A stretch of 64,000 nt of DNA from an uncultured bacterium (GTDB lineage Bacteria; Fidelibacterota; Marinisomatia; Marinisomatales; JACNKV01), in assembly GCA_964645915.1 (NCBI GenBank), contig CAZYDH010000005.1, forward strand, positions 26,294 to 90,293, read 5' to 3'. Position numbers and translations under genes: made by a program. This document shows positions 9,768 to 19,337 of the stretch, piece by piece (the first letter of the stretch is position 1; every line of letters starts with the position of its first letter). The notes beneath the pieces were generated by a model, which made no database searches, had not been told where the DNA came from, and saw only the letters and a list, made by a program, of their open reading frames with translations.

Positions 9768-10241
9768 ATGCAAAAACAAATAAAATATTTTAATGTCAGT
9801 TGGCAAGAATTACATAGAGATGCTCGTGCTTTAGCATGGCGTTTATTATCCATTAAGAAATGGGAAGGTATAGCTGCAATCACCAGAGGAGGACTTGTAC
9901 CCGCAGCAATTGTTTCAAGGGAATTGGATATCAGATTATTGGATACAATTTGTGTATCCACTTATGATCATCAAAAAATTGGTAAACCAAAGGTTCTAAA
10001 AGGTATAGATCACGACGGCGAAGGGTGGCTTCTCATTGATGACTTAGTTGATACAGGAACTACTGCACAAATTGCAAAAGATATTTTACCTGAAGCTCAC
10101 TTAGCTACAGTCTATGCAAAACCTGAAGGTCGTCCTCTTGTGGATACTTTTATTACGGAAGTTAGTCAAGATACATGGATTCAATTTCCATGGGATATGA
10201 TTTCCGATTATGTAGTTCCTTTTGCTGAGCAAAAGCAGTGA
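9768..10241 (+). CDS. gpt: Xanthine-guanine phosphoribosyltransferase
   Basis: About 157 aa. [47 protein letters not shown] and [10 protein letters not shown] align end to end with E. coli Gpt as I recall it. Confidence 0.95.
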   Translation: MQKQIKYFNVSWQELHRDARALAWRLLSIKKWEGIAAITRGGLVPAAIVSRELDIRLLDTICVSTYDHQKIGKPKVLKGIDHDGEGWLLIDDLVDTGTTAQIAKDILPEAHLATVYAKPEGRPLVDTFITEVSQDTWIQFPWDMISDYVVPFAEQKQ

Positions 10242-11314
10242 ACGTACTTAAGTCTATATCAGCATATTTTAAATCAACTGTCTTTCTACATACTCTTTTA
10301 TTAAGCAATAATAAGAGTTATGGTGTCTTTGTTGATAAAGCACTTTATGATGGGTTAGATGGAAATAGTACACCATATAAACATTTCAAACCAAAGAGCA
10401 AACCCAAACATACTCTTATTATTTATCCCGGAGCGTCTCATTCTGCAGAAGATCATGAGAACTTACAAACGATTGGGTTAGCATTCGCAAGGATTGGATA
10501 TGATGTGTATGTTCCAAGAATTCCTCCGTTAAAACAATTAAGCATATCCGGAGATGTTATTTCTTGGATGTCTCATTTCTATGCTTGGTTTATCAATAAT
10601 ATCAATAATGATCCAAATTCAATAAGCATAATGGGTGTTAGTTTTGGTGGAGCAATGGTCTTAAAAACTAGTTTATCCAATGCGATGCAAAAATATCCAC
10701 CTAAATCTCTATTTTCTTATGGTACATACTACCAATTTGAGACTGTAATCGAGTTTTTATATTCCGGAAATATTATAAAAAATGGTAAATCTATTCATCT
10801 TTCTCCTGATTATTGGGCTTTAATATGCATCTTATTTAATTTTCTCCCCAAAGTAAATCTTGGATATAATACCGAAAATCTTGTAAAAGCACTAAAATAT
10901 CATATATACGAAGATGAAGATAAATTATCTAGCCAAGTTACCAGATTAAGCATACATGAAAGTAAAATCTGGGATGAATTAATGAATAATTCTCCATCTT
11001 CAGAAGTTAAAAATACCATTGATATTATGTTTAAAGAATGTAGAGAAGAGTTTATTGATTACTCACCACAATATTGGTGTAATAAAATAGACAATAGAGT
11101 TTTTATTCTTCATGGTACCTATGATAATATGGTTCCATACACAGAATCTGTAAAACTGGGTAACTCATTAAAAAACAGCCGTCTTCATATCACAGATCTA
11201 TATGGTCATAAGGAAATATCTTTCAGTAAACGAATAATACATTCAATAATCGAATTATATAAAGTATTGCGATTTTTATCTAACTACATTTTAGAAACAT
11301 TTTATGTAAAATAA
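10238..11314 (+). CDS. Alpha/beta-fold hydrolase, unknown substrate
   Basis: Nucleophile elbow GVSFGG, later [10 protein letters not shown] (Asp) and LYGHKE (His). GTG start overlaps the gpt stop (GTGA). Confidence 0.6.
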   Translation: MNVLKSISAYFKSTVFLHTLLLSNNKSYGVFVDKALYDGLDGNSTPYKHFKPKSKPKHTLIIYPGASHSAEDHENLQTIGLAFARIGYDVYVPRIPPLKQLSISGDVISWMSHFYAWFINNINNDPNSISIMGVSFGGAMVLKTSLSNAMQKYPPKSLFSYGTYYQFETVIEFLYSGNIIKNGKSIHLSPDYWALICILFNFLPKVNLGYNTENLVKALKYHIYEDEDKLSSQVTRLSIHESKIWDELMNNSPSSEVKNTIDIMFKECREEFIDYSPQYWCNKIDNRVFILHGTYDNMVPYTESVKLGNSLKNSRLHITDLYGHKEISFSKRIIHSIIELYKVLRFLSNYILETFYVK

Positions 11315-11338
11315 TAGTAACTCATATTGTAGTTACTA
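11315..11338 (+). terminator. Weak AT-rich hairpin followed by a T-rich tract, after the hydrolase gene
   Basis: TAGTAACT (11315-11322) and AGTTACTA (11331-11338) are reverse complements with an 8-nt loop. ATTATTTTATTT follows. Confidence 0.3.
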
Positions 11339-11387
11339 TTATTTTATTTGTAATTTTAAACATGAATTTAACTGACATGAGGTAAAA

Positions 11388-12416
11388 ATGAATAAACCTA
11401 TACGAATTGCTTTATTTGGATTTGGTAGGATTGGACGAAATATATTTCGTATTGGATATAATAATCCTAATTACGAATTTGTTGCAATAAGTGATTTTGG
11501 AGAACCCGAATCATTACATTATTTGCTGATGAGAGATTCAATCCATGGACCGATGAAAGATGAATTTTTATTAGAAGATAACTATCTAATTTATAATGAT
11601 AGAAAAACACGGATTCTTCCCGGTGGAGGTCCCGGAGCATTACCTTGGGATGCTTATGATGTTGATTTTGTTTTAGATACAACAGGTGTATATCGTAATA
11701 GAGAAGAACTTGAACCCCATTTGAAATCCGGTGCAAAAAGAGTTATTGTCTCAAAACCACCAATTGATGAAATTGACAGAATAGTTATTCCGGGTCTTAA
11801 CAATAAAGATATTCAATCTGAGGATAAGATTATTTCAACAACATCAGCCACAACACAAGTATTAGCGTTAATGTTAAGTGTTTTAGATAAGGATTTTGGA
11901 CTGGAAAAAGCGATGATGACCACGGTTCATGCTTATACATCTGATCAACCGTTAGCAGACGCTGTCCGTTCCGATCTTAGACGTAGCCGTTCGGCTGTCG
12001 AAAACATCATTCCTAATGAAACTTGGGCCACAGATTATGTTGAACGTTTAGTACCGAAATTTAAAGGAAAATTAAGTGGCATTGCATTTAATGTACCAAT
12101 TCCCAATGGATCTTGTATTGATCTAACCGCAGAACTGACTAAAACTCCAACGGTTGATGAAGTAAATGCTTCATTAAAAAATGCTTCTGAAGGTAAATAT
12201 AAAGATTTAATTGGATATACAGAAGATCCCATTGTCTCAAGTGACTTGACCGCCAGTGGTGAAACACTTGTATTTGATTCAAAGGCTACGATGATCGCAT
12301 CAAATAAACTAATCAAAACAGTAGCTTGGTTTGATAACGGATGGGGATTTGCTAAGAGAATTCTTGACGTCGTAGATGATTACAGTCAATTGTCGAATGA
12401 AAGTGAGGTCAAATAA
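11388..12416 (+). CDS. GAPDH-family paralog lacking the catalytic cysteine (probable non-catalytic or neofunctionalised)
   Basis: NAD fold GFGRIGRN and the family motifs TTVHAYTSDQ, DLRRSRSAVENIIP and WFDNGWGF are present. The active-site string reads STTSATTQV instead of SNASCTTNC (Ala at 11847-11849). TGAA becomes ETWA, and RVP becomes FNVP. GAGGT Shine-Dalgarno at 11379-11383. Confidence 0.85.
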   Translation: MNKPIRIALFGFGRIGRNIFRIGYNNPNYEFVAISDFGEPESLHYLLMRDSIHGPMKDEFLLEDNYLIYNDRKTRILPGGGPGALPWDAYDVDFVLDTTGVYRNREELEPHLKSGAKRVIVSKPPIDEIDRIVIPGLNNKDIQSEDKIISTTSATTQVLALMLSVLDKDFGLEKAMMTTVHAYTSDQPLADAVRSDLRRSRSAVENIIPNETWATDYVERLVPKFKGKLSGIAFNVPIPNGSCIDLTAELTKTPTVDEVNASLKNASEGKYKDLIGYTEDPIVSSDLTASGETLVFDSKATMIASNKLIKTVAWFDNGWGFAKRILDVVDDYSQLSNESEVK

Positions 12417-13411
12417 TGAGAGTTGCAATTAATGGGTTTGGAAGAATCGGAAGATCGGTATTTCGAATCCTTAATAATAGAGATGATTTTGAAGTTGTTG
12501 CGATTAATGATATTGCCGATAATGAAGCCTTAGGATACTTGTTAAAGTATGATACGGTCATGGGACGGTTTCCTGATACTGTTCGAACTGAAGGGGACAT
12601 ACTTTATACATCATCAAATAAAGTAAAATTACTCGCAGAAACAAACCCGGGTAACTTACCTTGGAAATCTTTAGAGATAGATGCAGTCGTAGAAGCCACT
12701 GGAATATTTCGTACTGTCGATACTTTAACTCCACATCTCGATGCCGGTGCAAAACGTATTGTTTTAACTGTCCCTGCTAAAGAAGAGATTGATTATACTG
12801 TTGTAATCGGTGTTAATGACAAGGGCTTAAAAAAGGAACATAGAATTATTTCAAATGCTAGTTGTACCACCAATTGTCTTGCACCTATCGTCAAGGTATT
12901 GAATGACGAATTTGGTATTGACTATGGTGTGATTAATACAATTCATGCATACACAAATGATCAACGCTTAGCGGATGTTCCTCATTCAGATTGGCGCAGA
13001 AGTAGGGCTGCCGCAGAAAATATAATTCCGACAACAACCGGTGCAGCTCGAGCAGTTGGAAAAGTATTACCGGAATTAGTAGGAAAATTAGACGGTATCG
13101 CCATGCGTGTACCTGTTGCTGACGGATCGGTAGTAGACTCAGTATTTCAATTAAATTCATCTGTAACTGTTGAAGAAATCAATGAAGCAGTTTATGCTGC
13201 ATCTGAGACAGAGAATTACAAGAACATATTAGAATACTCAACATTACCTGTAGTATCTTCAGATATTATTGGGAATCCGCATTCGTCCATATTTGATGCA
13301 CCATTTACAAAAGTAGTAGACAGTTCTTTTGTCAAAACGTTGAATTGGTATGATAATGAATGGGGATATTCAAATAGGGTAGTAGACCTATTACAGATTA
13401 TTTCTAAATAA
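12416..13411 (+). CDS. gap: Type I glyceraldehyde-3-phosphate dehydrogenase (canonical)
   Basis: INGFGRIGR, SNASCTTNCLAP, TIHAYTNDQ, RRSRAAAENIIPTTTGAA, MRVPV and WYDNEWGY. The start overlaps the upstream stop (TAATG). Confidence 0.95.
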   Translation: MRVAINGFGRIGRSVFRILNNRDDFEVVAINDIADNEALGYLLKYDTVMGRFPDTVRTEGDILYTSSNKVKLLAETNPGNLPWKSLEIDAVVEATGIFRTVDTLTPHLDAGAKRIVLTVPAKEEIDYTVVIGVNDKGLKKEHRIISNASCTTNCLAPIVKVLNDEFGIDYGVINTIHAYTNDQRLADVPHSDWRRSRAAAENIIPTTTGAARAVGKVLPELVGKLDGIAMRVPVADGSVVDSVFQLNSSVTVEEINEAVYAASETENYKNILEYSTLPVVSSDIIGNPHSSIFDAPFTKVVDSSFVKTLNWYDNEWGYSNRVVDLLQIISK

Positions 13412-13443
13412 GTAAAATAATCCTGTTATAATTAGTCACAAGT

Positions 13444-13471
13444 AAAAAACCCCAATTATTTGGGGTTTTTT
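13444..13471 (+). terminator. Rho-independent terminator (symmetric, potentially bidirectional)
   Basis: Perfect 12-bp inverted repeat AAAAAACCCCAA / TTGGGGTTTTTT with a TTAT loop, 33 nt after the gap stop. The T-run follows the GC core. Confidence 0.75.
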
Positions 13472-13537
13472 ACTTTTACGTCATAATTGAAAACAATACT
13501 TTATCTTTAATATAAACCGTAATAATTTTATCTATGG

Positions 13538-14572
13538 ATGTATTCAAAACAACCATATTTATGGGAGGAACCTGTGTTTAAGAAACTAGGGAAGACCACC
13601 TTCATAATCTATTTTATTCTCTTAATTTTAGTCGGTGCTGCTGGTTATTATATCATCGGCGGAAAAGAGTGGACAATCGTCGATAGTATATACATGGCAA
13701 TTATCACCTTATCTACCGTCGGATACGGTGAGGTTCATCCACTAACACAAAGTGCTAAAATATGGTCAATTATTGTCATTATTTTTGGAGTAAACGGTGT
13801 TGCGATGCTCATCTCAAAAATTGGCACAGATTTAATGGAATTCAAACAATATCGGAAACGTGTTATGTTAAATAAAATCAAAAAAATGAAAAATCATTAT
13901 ATTTTATGCGGTTTTGGTAAAACCGGCGCTGTTATAGCCAAAGAATTAAAGCAACAAAATGAAAAATTTGTCGTTATCGAAAATAATCGAGAAAAAATCG
14001 AATATATCGAAGAGCTTGGCTATAAGTACTTAAAAGAAGATGCAACTCTCGACGAATCATTATTAAATGCCGGAATTGAGAATGCCAAAGGCATTGTAAT
14101 TACCTTAGATAATGATCAAGATAACTTATTTGTTACAATGTCTGCCAGAAATTTAAACAAAGATGCTTATTTAATCACTCGATGTAGTAAACATGATACC
14201 GGCAAGAAACTTAAACGAGCCGGAGCAAGTAAGGTGGTTAATCCGTATATAGCAGGTGGATATAAAATGGCTGAATTATTATTAACACCATTTGTAGAAG
14301 ATACTGTTTCATTATCTACACCAAAGTCTGACTTGCAAATGGTCATTGATGAAATTCATTTAGAATCGATTGATCGCTATGATGGTATTATGATTAAAGA
14401 TTCAAAGTTACGTGAAGATTATAATCTAATCATCGTTGGAATTATAAACGAAAATGGAGAGACTTTACTGAATCCTGATCCTCACACAGTTTTACATTTA
14501 AAACAAACTGTAATGTTGATAGGAGCTAAGGAACAATTACATCAATTCAAGAAAGATATGAGCATTAAGTAA
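13538..14572 (+). CDS. Potassium channel with a cytoplasmic RCK/TrkA-N domain (MthK-like)
   Basis: Two TM segments flank the selectivity filter TLSTVGYGEV. This is followed by the Rossmann motif ILCGFGKTGAVIAKEL and an RCK C-terminal region. Confidence 0.85.
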   Translation: MYSKQPYLWEEPVFKKLGKTTFIIYFILLILVGAAGYYIIGGKEWTIVDSIYMAIITLSTVGYGEVHPLTQSAKIWSIIVIIFGVNGVAMLISKIGTDLMEFKQYRKRVMLNKIKKMKNHYILCGFGKTGAVIAKELKQQNEKFVVIENNREKIEYIEELGYKYLKEDATLDESLLNAGIENAKGIVITLDNDQDNLFVTMSARNLNKDAYLITRCSKHDTGKKLKRAGASKVVNPYIAGGYKMAELLLTPFVEDTVSLSTPKSDLQMVIDEIHLESIDRYDGIMIKDSKLREDYNLIIVGIINENGETLLNPDPHTVLHLKQTVMLIGAKEQLHQFKKDMSIK

Positions 14573-14619
14573 TATCCGTATAAGATAGATTATGTATAAT
14601 ATACTATATATTGTCAATT

Positions 14620-17079
14620 TTACTTTACGACAATATTAACGATTCTTCCGGGAACGTAAATCTCTTTAATTATATCCTTCCCTTCCAAAAACGGAATAAC
14701 ATTCGATTCATTTTTAGCTGCATGAATAACGGTATTTTTATCAGCATCTTTATCAATTTCCATTTTTGATCTGAGTTTACCATTGACTTGAACAATAATG
14801 GTAATTTTATCTTGAATTAAATATTCATCTCGATACTTTGGCCATGGTTCGTGTGCAATCGATGCGGTATTTTCTAATCTTGACCACAATTCTTCACAAA
14901 TATGCGGTGCAAATGGATTTAATAATAATAAAAAGGTTTTTGATTCAATTGTTGTTAATTCAGATCTTTTACTTAATTCGTTCATATATATCATCAACTG
15001 ACTAACAGCAGTATTAAGATTTAACGTATTTATATCTTCATTAACCTTTTTAATTGTGCGATGTAAATTAAATAGCTGTGTTTTATTTAGATCGAGTTCT
15101 TTAATTGGTTTAGTAGTGAATATTTTCCAAACACGTTTAATAAATCGATCGGTACCAGCAATTCCATGTGTATCCCAGGCCGCAGATTGATCAAACGGTC
15201 CGATAAACATCTCATATGTTCGAAATACATCTGCACCATACTTATTAACAACATCATCAGGATTAATAACATTTCCTCTTGATTTAGACATTTTCTCACC
15301 GCCTTCACCAAGGATCATTCCATGTGATGTTCGTTTTGTATAAGGTTCGGACTCTGGAACAAACCCATTATCAGCAAGGAATATATTCCAAAAACGAGAG
15401 TATAATAGATGTAAGGTTGTATGCTCCATTCCTCCATTATACCAATCAACGGGCATCCAATATTTAAGTTTATTATAATCAGCAAAGTTTTCATCATTTT
15501 TTGGATCAATATATCGTAAAAAATACCATGAAGATCCTGCCCAATTTGGCATGGTATCTGTCTCTCGTTTGGCGTTATTGCCACACTTTGGACATTGTGT
15601 ATTCACCCAATTATGAATAGCTGCTAATGGAGATTCTCCGTTTTCTGTTGGTTCATATTTATCAACATCGGGTAACACAACAGGTAGTTCATCATCAGGG
15701 ATTGGAACCCATCCACAGTCATTACAATAAACCAATGGGATCGGTTCTCCCCAGTATCGTTGTCTTGAAAAGACCCAGTCTCTTAATTTATAATTGACTG
15801 CAGGTTTACCTTTCCCCTGTTCTTCTAACCATTTGTTTGTATTTGTGATTGCAGTATTAATATCTAGACCATTGATATCCAATCCATTATCATTTGACGA
15901 ATTAATACATTTACCCTCAAACGGCCAACAAGTTTTCCCTGCTAAGACATCATTTACTTCAACACCTTCATTGTCTGCCAATTCTATTTCCGGTTCGATA
16001 ATATTTTTGATCTCCAAACCAAATATTTCTGCAAACTCAAAATCTCTAGTATCATGTGCAGGAACTGCCATAATAGCACCGGTTCCATAACTTGATAAAA
16101 CATAATCAGCTATCCAAATGGGAATTTCTTTATTGTTTACCGGATTTATAGCATATGCGCCTGTAAATGCACCTGTTTTTTCTTTATTTAATTCAGTTCT
16201 TTCCAGATCACTCTTAGTAGCGGAAAATCGAATATAACTGTTTATCTTATCCTTTTGTTCGTCTGTTGAGATAGCTTCTACAAGAGGATGTTCCGGTGAT
16301 AGAATCATAAATGTCGCACCAAATAAAGTATCAGGACGTGTCGTAAATACTTTAATAGAATCTTTATGACCTACAATTTTGAAATCCACTTCAGCACCAT
16401 TAGATTTTCCGATCCAATTAACCTGTTGAGTTTTAATACGATCTAAAAAGTTGACTTCATCTAAGCCTTTTAGCAACTTTTCTGCGTAAGCTGTAATTTT
16501 AAGCATCCATTGGTCAATAGACCTCTTTTCTACATCTCCCTCACACCGCTCACATTGACCATTTAGTACTTCTTCATTTGCTAATCCTATTTTACAAGAG
16601 ATACACCAGTTTATTGGCATTTCTTTTTTATAAGCTAATCCTTTTTTGAAGAACTGTAAAAAAATCCATTGAGTCCATTTATAATATTCAGGATCTGTGG
16701 TAGAGATAACTCGATTCCAATCAAAAGAAAACCCCAAAGATTTAAGCTGTTTTGTAAATCTCGCTATATTCTTTTTCGTTGTGATAGACGGATGAATACC
16801 GGTCTTTATAGCATAATTTTCAGAAGGAAGACCAAAGCTGTCAAATCCCATTGGAAATAGAACATTATATCCTTCCATTCTCTTTTTTCTGGCAAGAATA
16901 TCTAAGGCGGTATACGATCGTGGATGTCCAACATGCAAACCATCACCTGAAGGATATGGAAATTCAACTAAACAGTAAAACTTCGGTTTATCAGAGTAGT
17001 CCTCTGATCGAAACGTATCATTTTGTTCCCAATAAGTTTGCCACTTTTTATCTATAGTTTTATGATTAAATTCACACAT
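14620..17079 (-). CDS. leuS: Leucine--tRNA ligase
   Basis: PYPSGDGLHVGH (HIGH), EKMSKSRGN (KMSKS), and editing-domain and anticodon-domain similarity throughout. I place the start at ATG 17079 (MCEFNHKTIDKKWQ). The ORF-track start at 17169 reads through the tRNA gene. Confidence 0.95.
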   Translation of the reverse strand: MCEFNHKTIDKKWQTYWEQNDTFRSEDYSDKPKFYCLVEFPYPSGDGLHVGHPRSYTALDILARKKRMEGYNVLFPMGFDSFGLPSENYAIKTGIHPSITTKKNIARFTKQLKSLGFSFDWNRVISTTDPEYYKWTQWIFLQFFKKGLAYKKEMPINWCISCKIGLANEEVLNGQCERCEGDVEKRSIDQWMLKITAYAEKLLKGLDEVNFLDRIKTQQVNWIGKSNGAEVDFKIVGHKDSIKVFTTRPDTLFGATFMILSPEHPLVEAISTDEQKDKINSYIRFSATKSDLERTELNKEKTGAFTGAYAINPVNNKEIPIWIADYVLSSYGTGAIMAVPAHDTRDFEFAEIFGLEIKNIIEPEIELADNEGVEVNDVLAGKTCWPFEGKCINSSNDNGLDINGLDINTAITNTNKWLEEQGKGKPAVNYKLRDWVFSRQRYWGEPIPLVYCNDCGWVPIPDDELPVVLPDVDKYEPTENGESPLAAIHNWVNTQCPKCGNNAKRETDTMPNWAGSSWYFLRYIDPKNDENFADYNKLKYWMPVDWYNGGMEHTTLHLLYSRFWNIFLADNGFVPESEPYTKRTSHGMILGEGGEKMSKSRGNVINPDDVVNKYGADVFRTYEMFIGPFDQSAAWDTHGIAGTDRFIKRVWKIFTTKPIKELDLNKTQLFNLHRTIKKVNEDINTLNLNTAVSQLMIYMNELSKRSELTTIESKTFLLLLNPFAPHICEELWSRLENTASIAHEPWPKYRDEYLIQDKITIIVQVNGKLRSKMEIDKDADKNTVIHAAKNESNVIPFLEGKDIIKEIYVPGRIVNIVVK

Positions 17080-17084
17080 AATTG

Positions 17085-17159
17085 TCGGGGTGAAAGGATT
17101 TGAACCTTCGACCTCGTCGTCCCGAACGACGCGCGCTAACCGGGCTGCGCTACACCCCG
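17085..17159 (-). tRNA. tRNA-Pro (anticodon CGG)
   Basis: The reverse complement folds by hand as acceptor CGGGGTG/CACCCCG, D arm GCGC-AGCCCGGTTA-GCGC, anticodon arm CGTCG-TTCGGGA-CGACG, variable AGGTC and T arm GAAGG-TTCAAAT-CCTTT with discriminator A. It is very close to E. coli tRNA-Pro as recalled. CCA is not encoded. Confidence 0.9.
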
Positions 17160-17234
17160 AAATACTCAAAAAACAGGTGCGAATTTACACTGTGTACTTT
17201 ACCAATAACAACCATGATATCCGAATAAGTATAT

Positions 17235-18332
17235 TTATACGCAACGAACAAACTGTTTCCCACCTATCTGCTTCACAACGCCTTTTAATTCTAACTGCAA
17301 TAATATAGTCAAGAGTTCAGTAAGCTTGATAGAAGTGGTATTTCTTAAGCTATCAATATGTATTGGTTCTGAACCGATATGCTCCATCACCTTACTTTCA
17401 TCCCGATTCAACTCTAATATAATTTTTGATTGTTCGTGCTTTAACGGAATAAATAATTTATTTTTAATGTGATCGATGATTTGATGACCATCCAGAATTG
17501 GTACTGCACCATGTTTAATTAATCTCAGACAACCCACACTTTGTTTATCATAAATCCTACCGGGAACCGCAAACACCTCTCTATTTTGATCAATTGAATT
17601 TAATGCAGTCAATATTGCTCCACTTTTATTTCCGGCCTCTACAACTGTGGTACCGTGGCATAATCCACTGATTATCCTATTTCGTTGTGGAAAATTCCCG
17701 GGTTCAGGTCCTGTACCTAATGGAAACTCAGAAATAATTGTTCCTTTTTCTAAAATTCCGTCAACAAGATATTTATTCTCAGAAGGATAAATAATATCCA
17801 ATCCACTTCCTAAAACAGCAATCGTTTTACCACTCTCTTTTAACACTGTTTTATGAGCAATAGTGTCAATTCCTCTAGCTAAACCACTAACAACAGTTAA
17901 ACCATAAGAGGTGATATCTTTTGCAATAGATTCAGCAACAATCTTGCCATAATCAGTCGTCATTCTGGAACCAACGATAGCGACTGAATCGTCTTTAGAT
18001 CTTAAGGGTTGACCTTTTGTGTACAACAACACCGGTGGATTATCTATATTTTTCAATAATAAAGGATAATCCTTATCCAAGATAGAAATAATACGAATTC
18101 CTTCTTTTTCCGCACGATCAAATTCCATTTGCCCAAAACTAAATTCGGAATATTGCTTTATTTCCTTAGATAATCTTAGATCGATACCATCAGTTTTACA
18201 TAGTTCCATCTCAGGTAGTTGAAAAATGGAATGAATATCTTGGTGATCTGTCAGAAGGGTTCGTACCCGTTTTGGTCCTATCTTTGGTACATTTAATAAA
18301 TTAATAAGAGCTATTATAGTTGAAAAGTCCAT
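17235..18332 (-). CDS. dprA: DNA-processing protein DprA
   Basis: IVGSRMTTDYG, SGLARGIDTIAH, YPSEN, PQRNRIISG and a C-terminal winged-helix-like tail. Confidence 0.9.
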   Translation of the reverse strand: MDFSTIIALINLLNVPKIGPKRVRTLLTDHQDIHSIFQLPEMELCKTDGIDLRLSKEIKQYSEFSFGQMEFDRAEKEGIRIISILDKDYPLLLKNIDNPPVLLYTKGQPLRSKDDSVAIVGSRMTTDYGKIVAESIAKDITSYGLTVVSGLARGIDTIAHKTVLKESGKTIAVLGSGLDIIYPSENKYLVDGILEKGTIISEFPLGTGPEPGNFPQRNRIISGLCHGTTVVEAGNKSGAILTALNSIDQNREVFAVPGRIYDKQSVGCLRLIKHGAVPILDGHQIIDHIKNKLFIPLKHEQSKIILELNRDESKVMEHIGSEPIHIDSLRNTTSIKLTELLTILLQLELKGVVKQIGGKQFVRCV

Positions 18333-18349
18333 TGAGTGGAAAGAAATAG

Positions 18350-19336
18350 TTAAGGAGATGTAGTCAATAAGGTAACAATTTTAGCAATTAAATTCTTTAT
18401 TCCGTGGTTCGTTGCGGATGATACGTCAAGATACTGTTCTTTAAATTCATTCCAACCGACGGGTATTTCTTGGTGCATAATCGTATCGTATTTACTTCTT
18501 ACAATTAAAAATGGTTTATGTATTAGATCAGGATTGTATTTCAAAACCTCATTTTTTAATGTTTCGTATACCGATTGAGGATTTTCTTCTTGTGCATCCA
18601 CTAAATATAAGATTAATCGATTCCTTTCGACATGTCTTAAAAATTGATGTCCTAATCCTTTTCCTTTACTGGCTCCTTCAATTAATCCAGGGATATCGGC
18701 CATAACAAAGGACTTATATTCTCCATACTTTACAATACCAAGATGGGGTTGTAGCGTCGTGAACGGGTAATCAGCAATTTTTGGTTTTGCTGATGATATT
18801 GTTGAGAGTAAAGTGGATTTCCCTGCATTGGGTAATCCAACTAATCCAACATCAGCTAGAACTTTTAGTTCTAATTCGATATTTTTCTTTTCCCCCGGTA
18901 ATCCGGTTTGTGAAAAACGAGGGGTTCTATGGGTCGATGATTTAAAATGAGAATTTCCACGTCCTCCCTTTCCTCCGTTGCATGCAATATATTCATCGTC
19001 ATTTTCAATAAGGTCTGCAGATATCTCTGAACTCCCTTCCATCTTGATCACTGTACCGGGTGGAACCGGTATTCGTACATCTTTACCATCTTTTCCAAAA
19101 CGATTATTTTTTCCACCACCTTCTCCATCAGCAGCTTTATATAATTTATTATATCGAATATCTTGTAATGTATGAAGATTATAATCCACATAAAATATAA
19201 CATGACCTCCTCTACCTCCATCTCCCCCATCTGGTCCACCTTTTGGAACAAATTTCTCCCTACGGAAAGAAACTAATCCTGGACCGCCTTTCCCGGAGCG
19301 TACTTCTATTCTTGTATAATCAACAAAGGAAGCCAT
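18350..19336 (-). CDS. obg: GTPase Obg
   Basis: Obg fold FVDYTRIEVRSGKGGPGLVSFRREKFVPKGGPDGGDGGRGG, then G1 GLPNAGKST and DIPGLIEGAS. Confidence 0.95.
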   Translation of the reverse strand: MASFVDYTRIEVRSGKGGPGLVSFRREKFVPKGGPDGGDGGRGGHVIFYVDYNLHTLQDIRYNKLYKAADGEGGGKNNRFGKDGKDVRIPVPPGTVIKMEGSSEISADLIENDDEYIACNGGKGGRGNSHFKSSTHRTPRFSQTGLPGEKKNIELELKVLADVGLVGLPNAGKSTLLSTISSAKPKIADYPFTTLQPHLGIVKYGEYKSFVMADIPGLIEGASKGKGLGHQFLRHVERNRLILYLVDAQEENPQSVYETLKNEVLKYNPDLIHKPFLIVRSKYDTIMHQEIPVGWNEFKEQYLDVSSATNHGIKNLIAKIVTLLTTSP

Positions 19337-19337
19337 A

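Noticed and set aside
14573-14619. An expected bidirectional terminator between the convergent K+ channel and leuS genes
   Set aside because: The region contains only AT-rich sequence without a convincing stem, so I cannot support a terminator call.
15845-15900. A tandem NGLDI-NGLDI repeat in LeuRS that looked like a recent duplication
   Set aside because: The two copies use different codons, and the motif sits in a normally variable LeuRS segment. It is not a DNA-level repeat.
17080-17169. A 30-aa N-terminal extension of the leuS ORF (MSISGCSAARLARVVRDDEVEGSNPFTPTI) given by the ORF track
   Set aside because: It is the translation of the tRNA-Pro gene on the same strand. LeuRS homology begins at MCEFNHK (ATG 17079).
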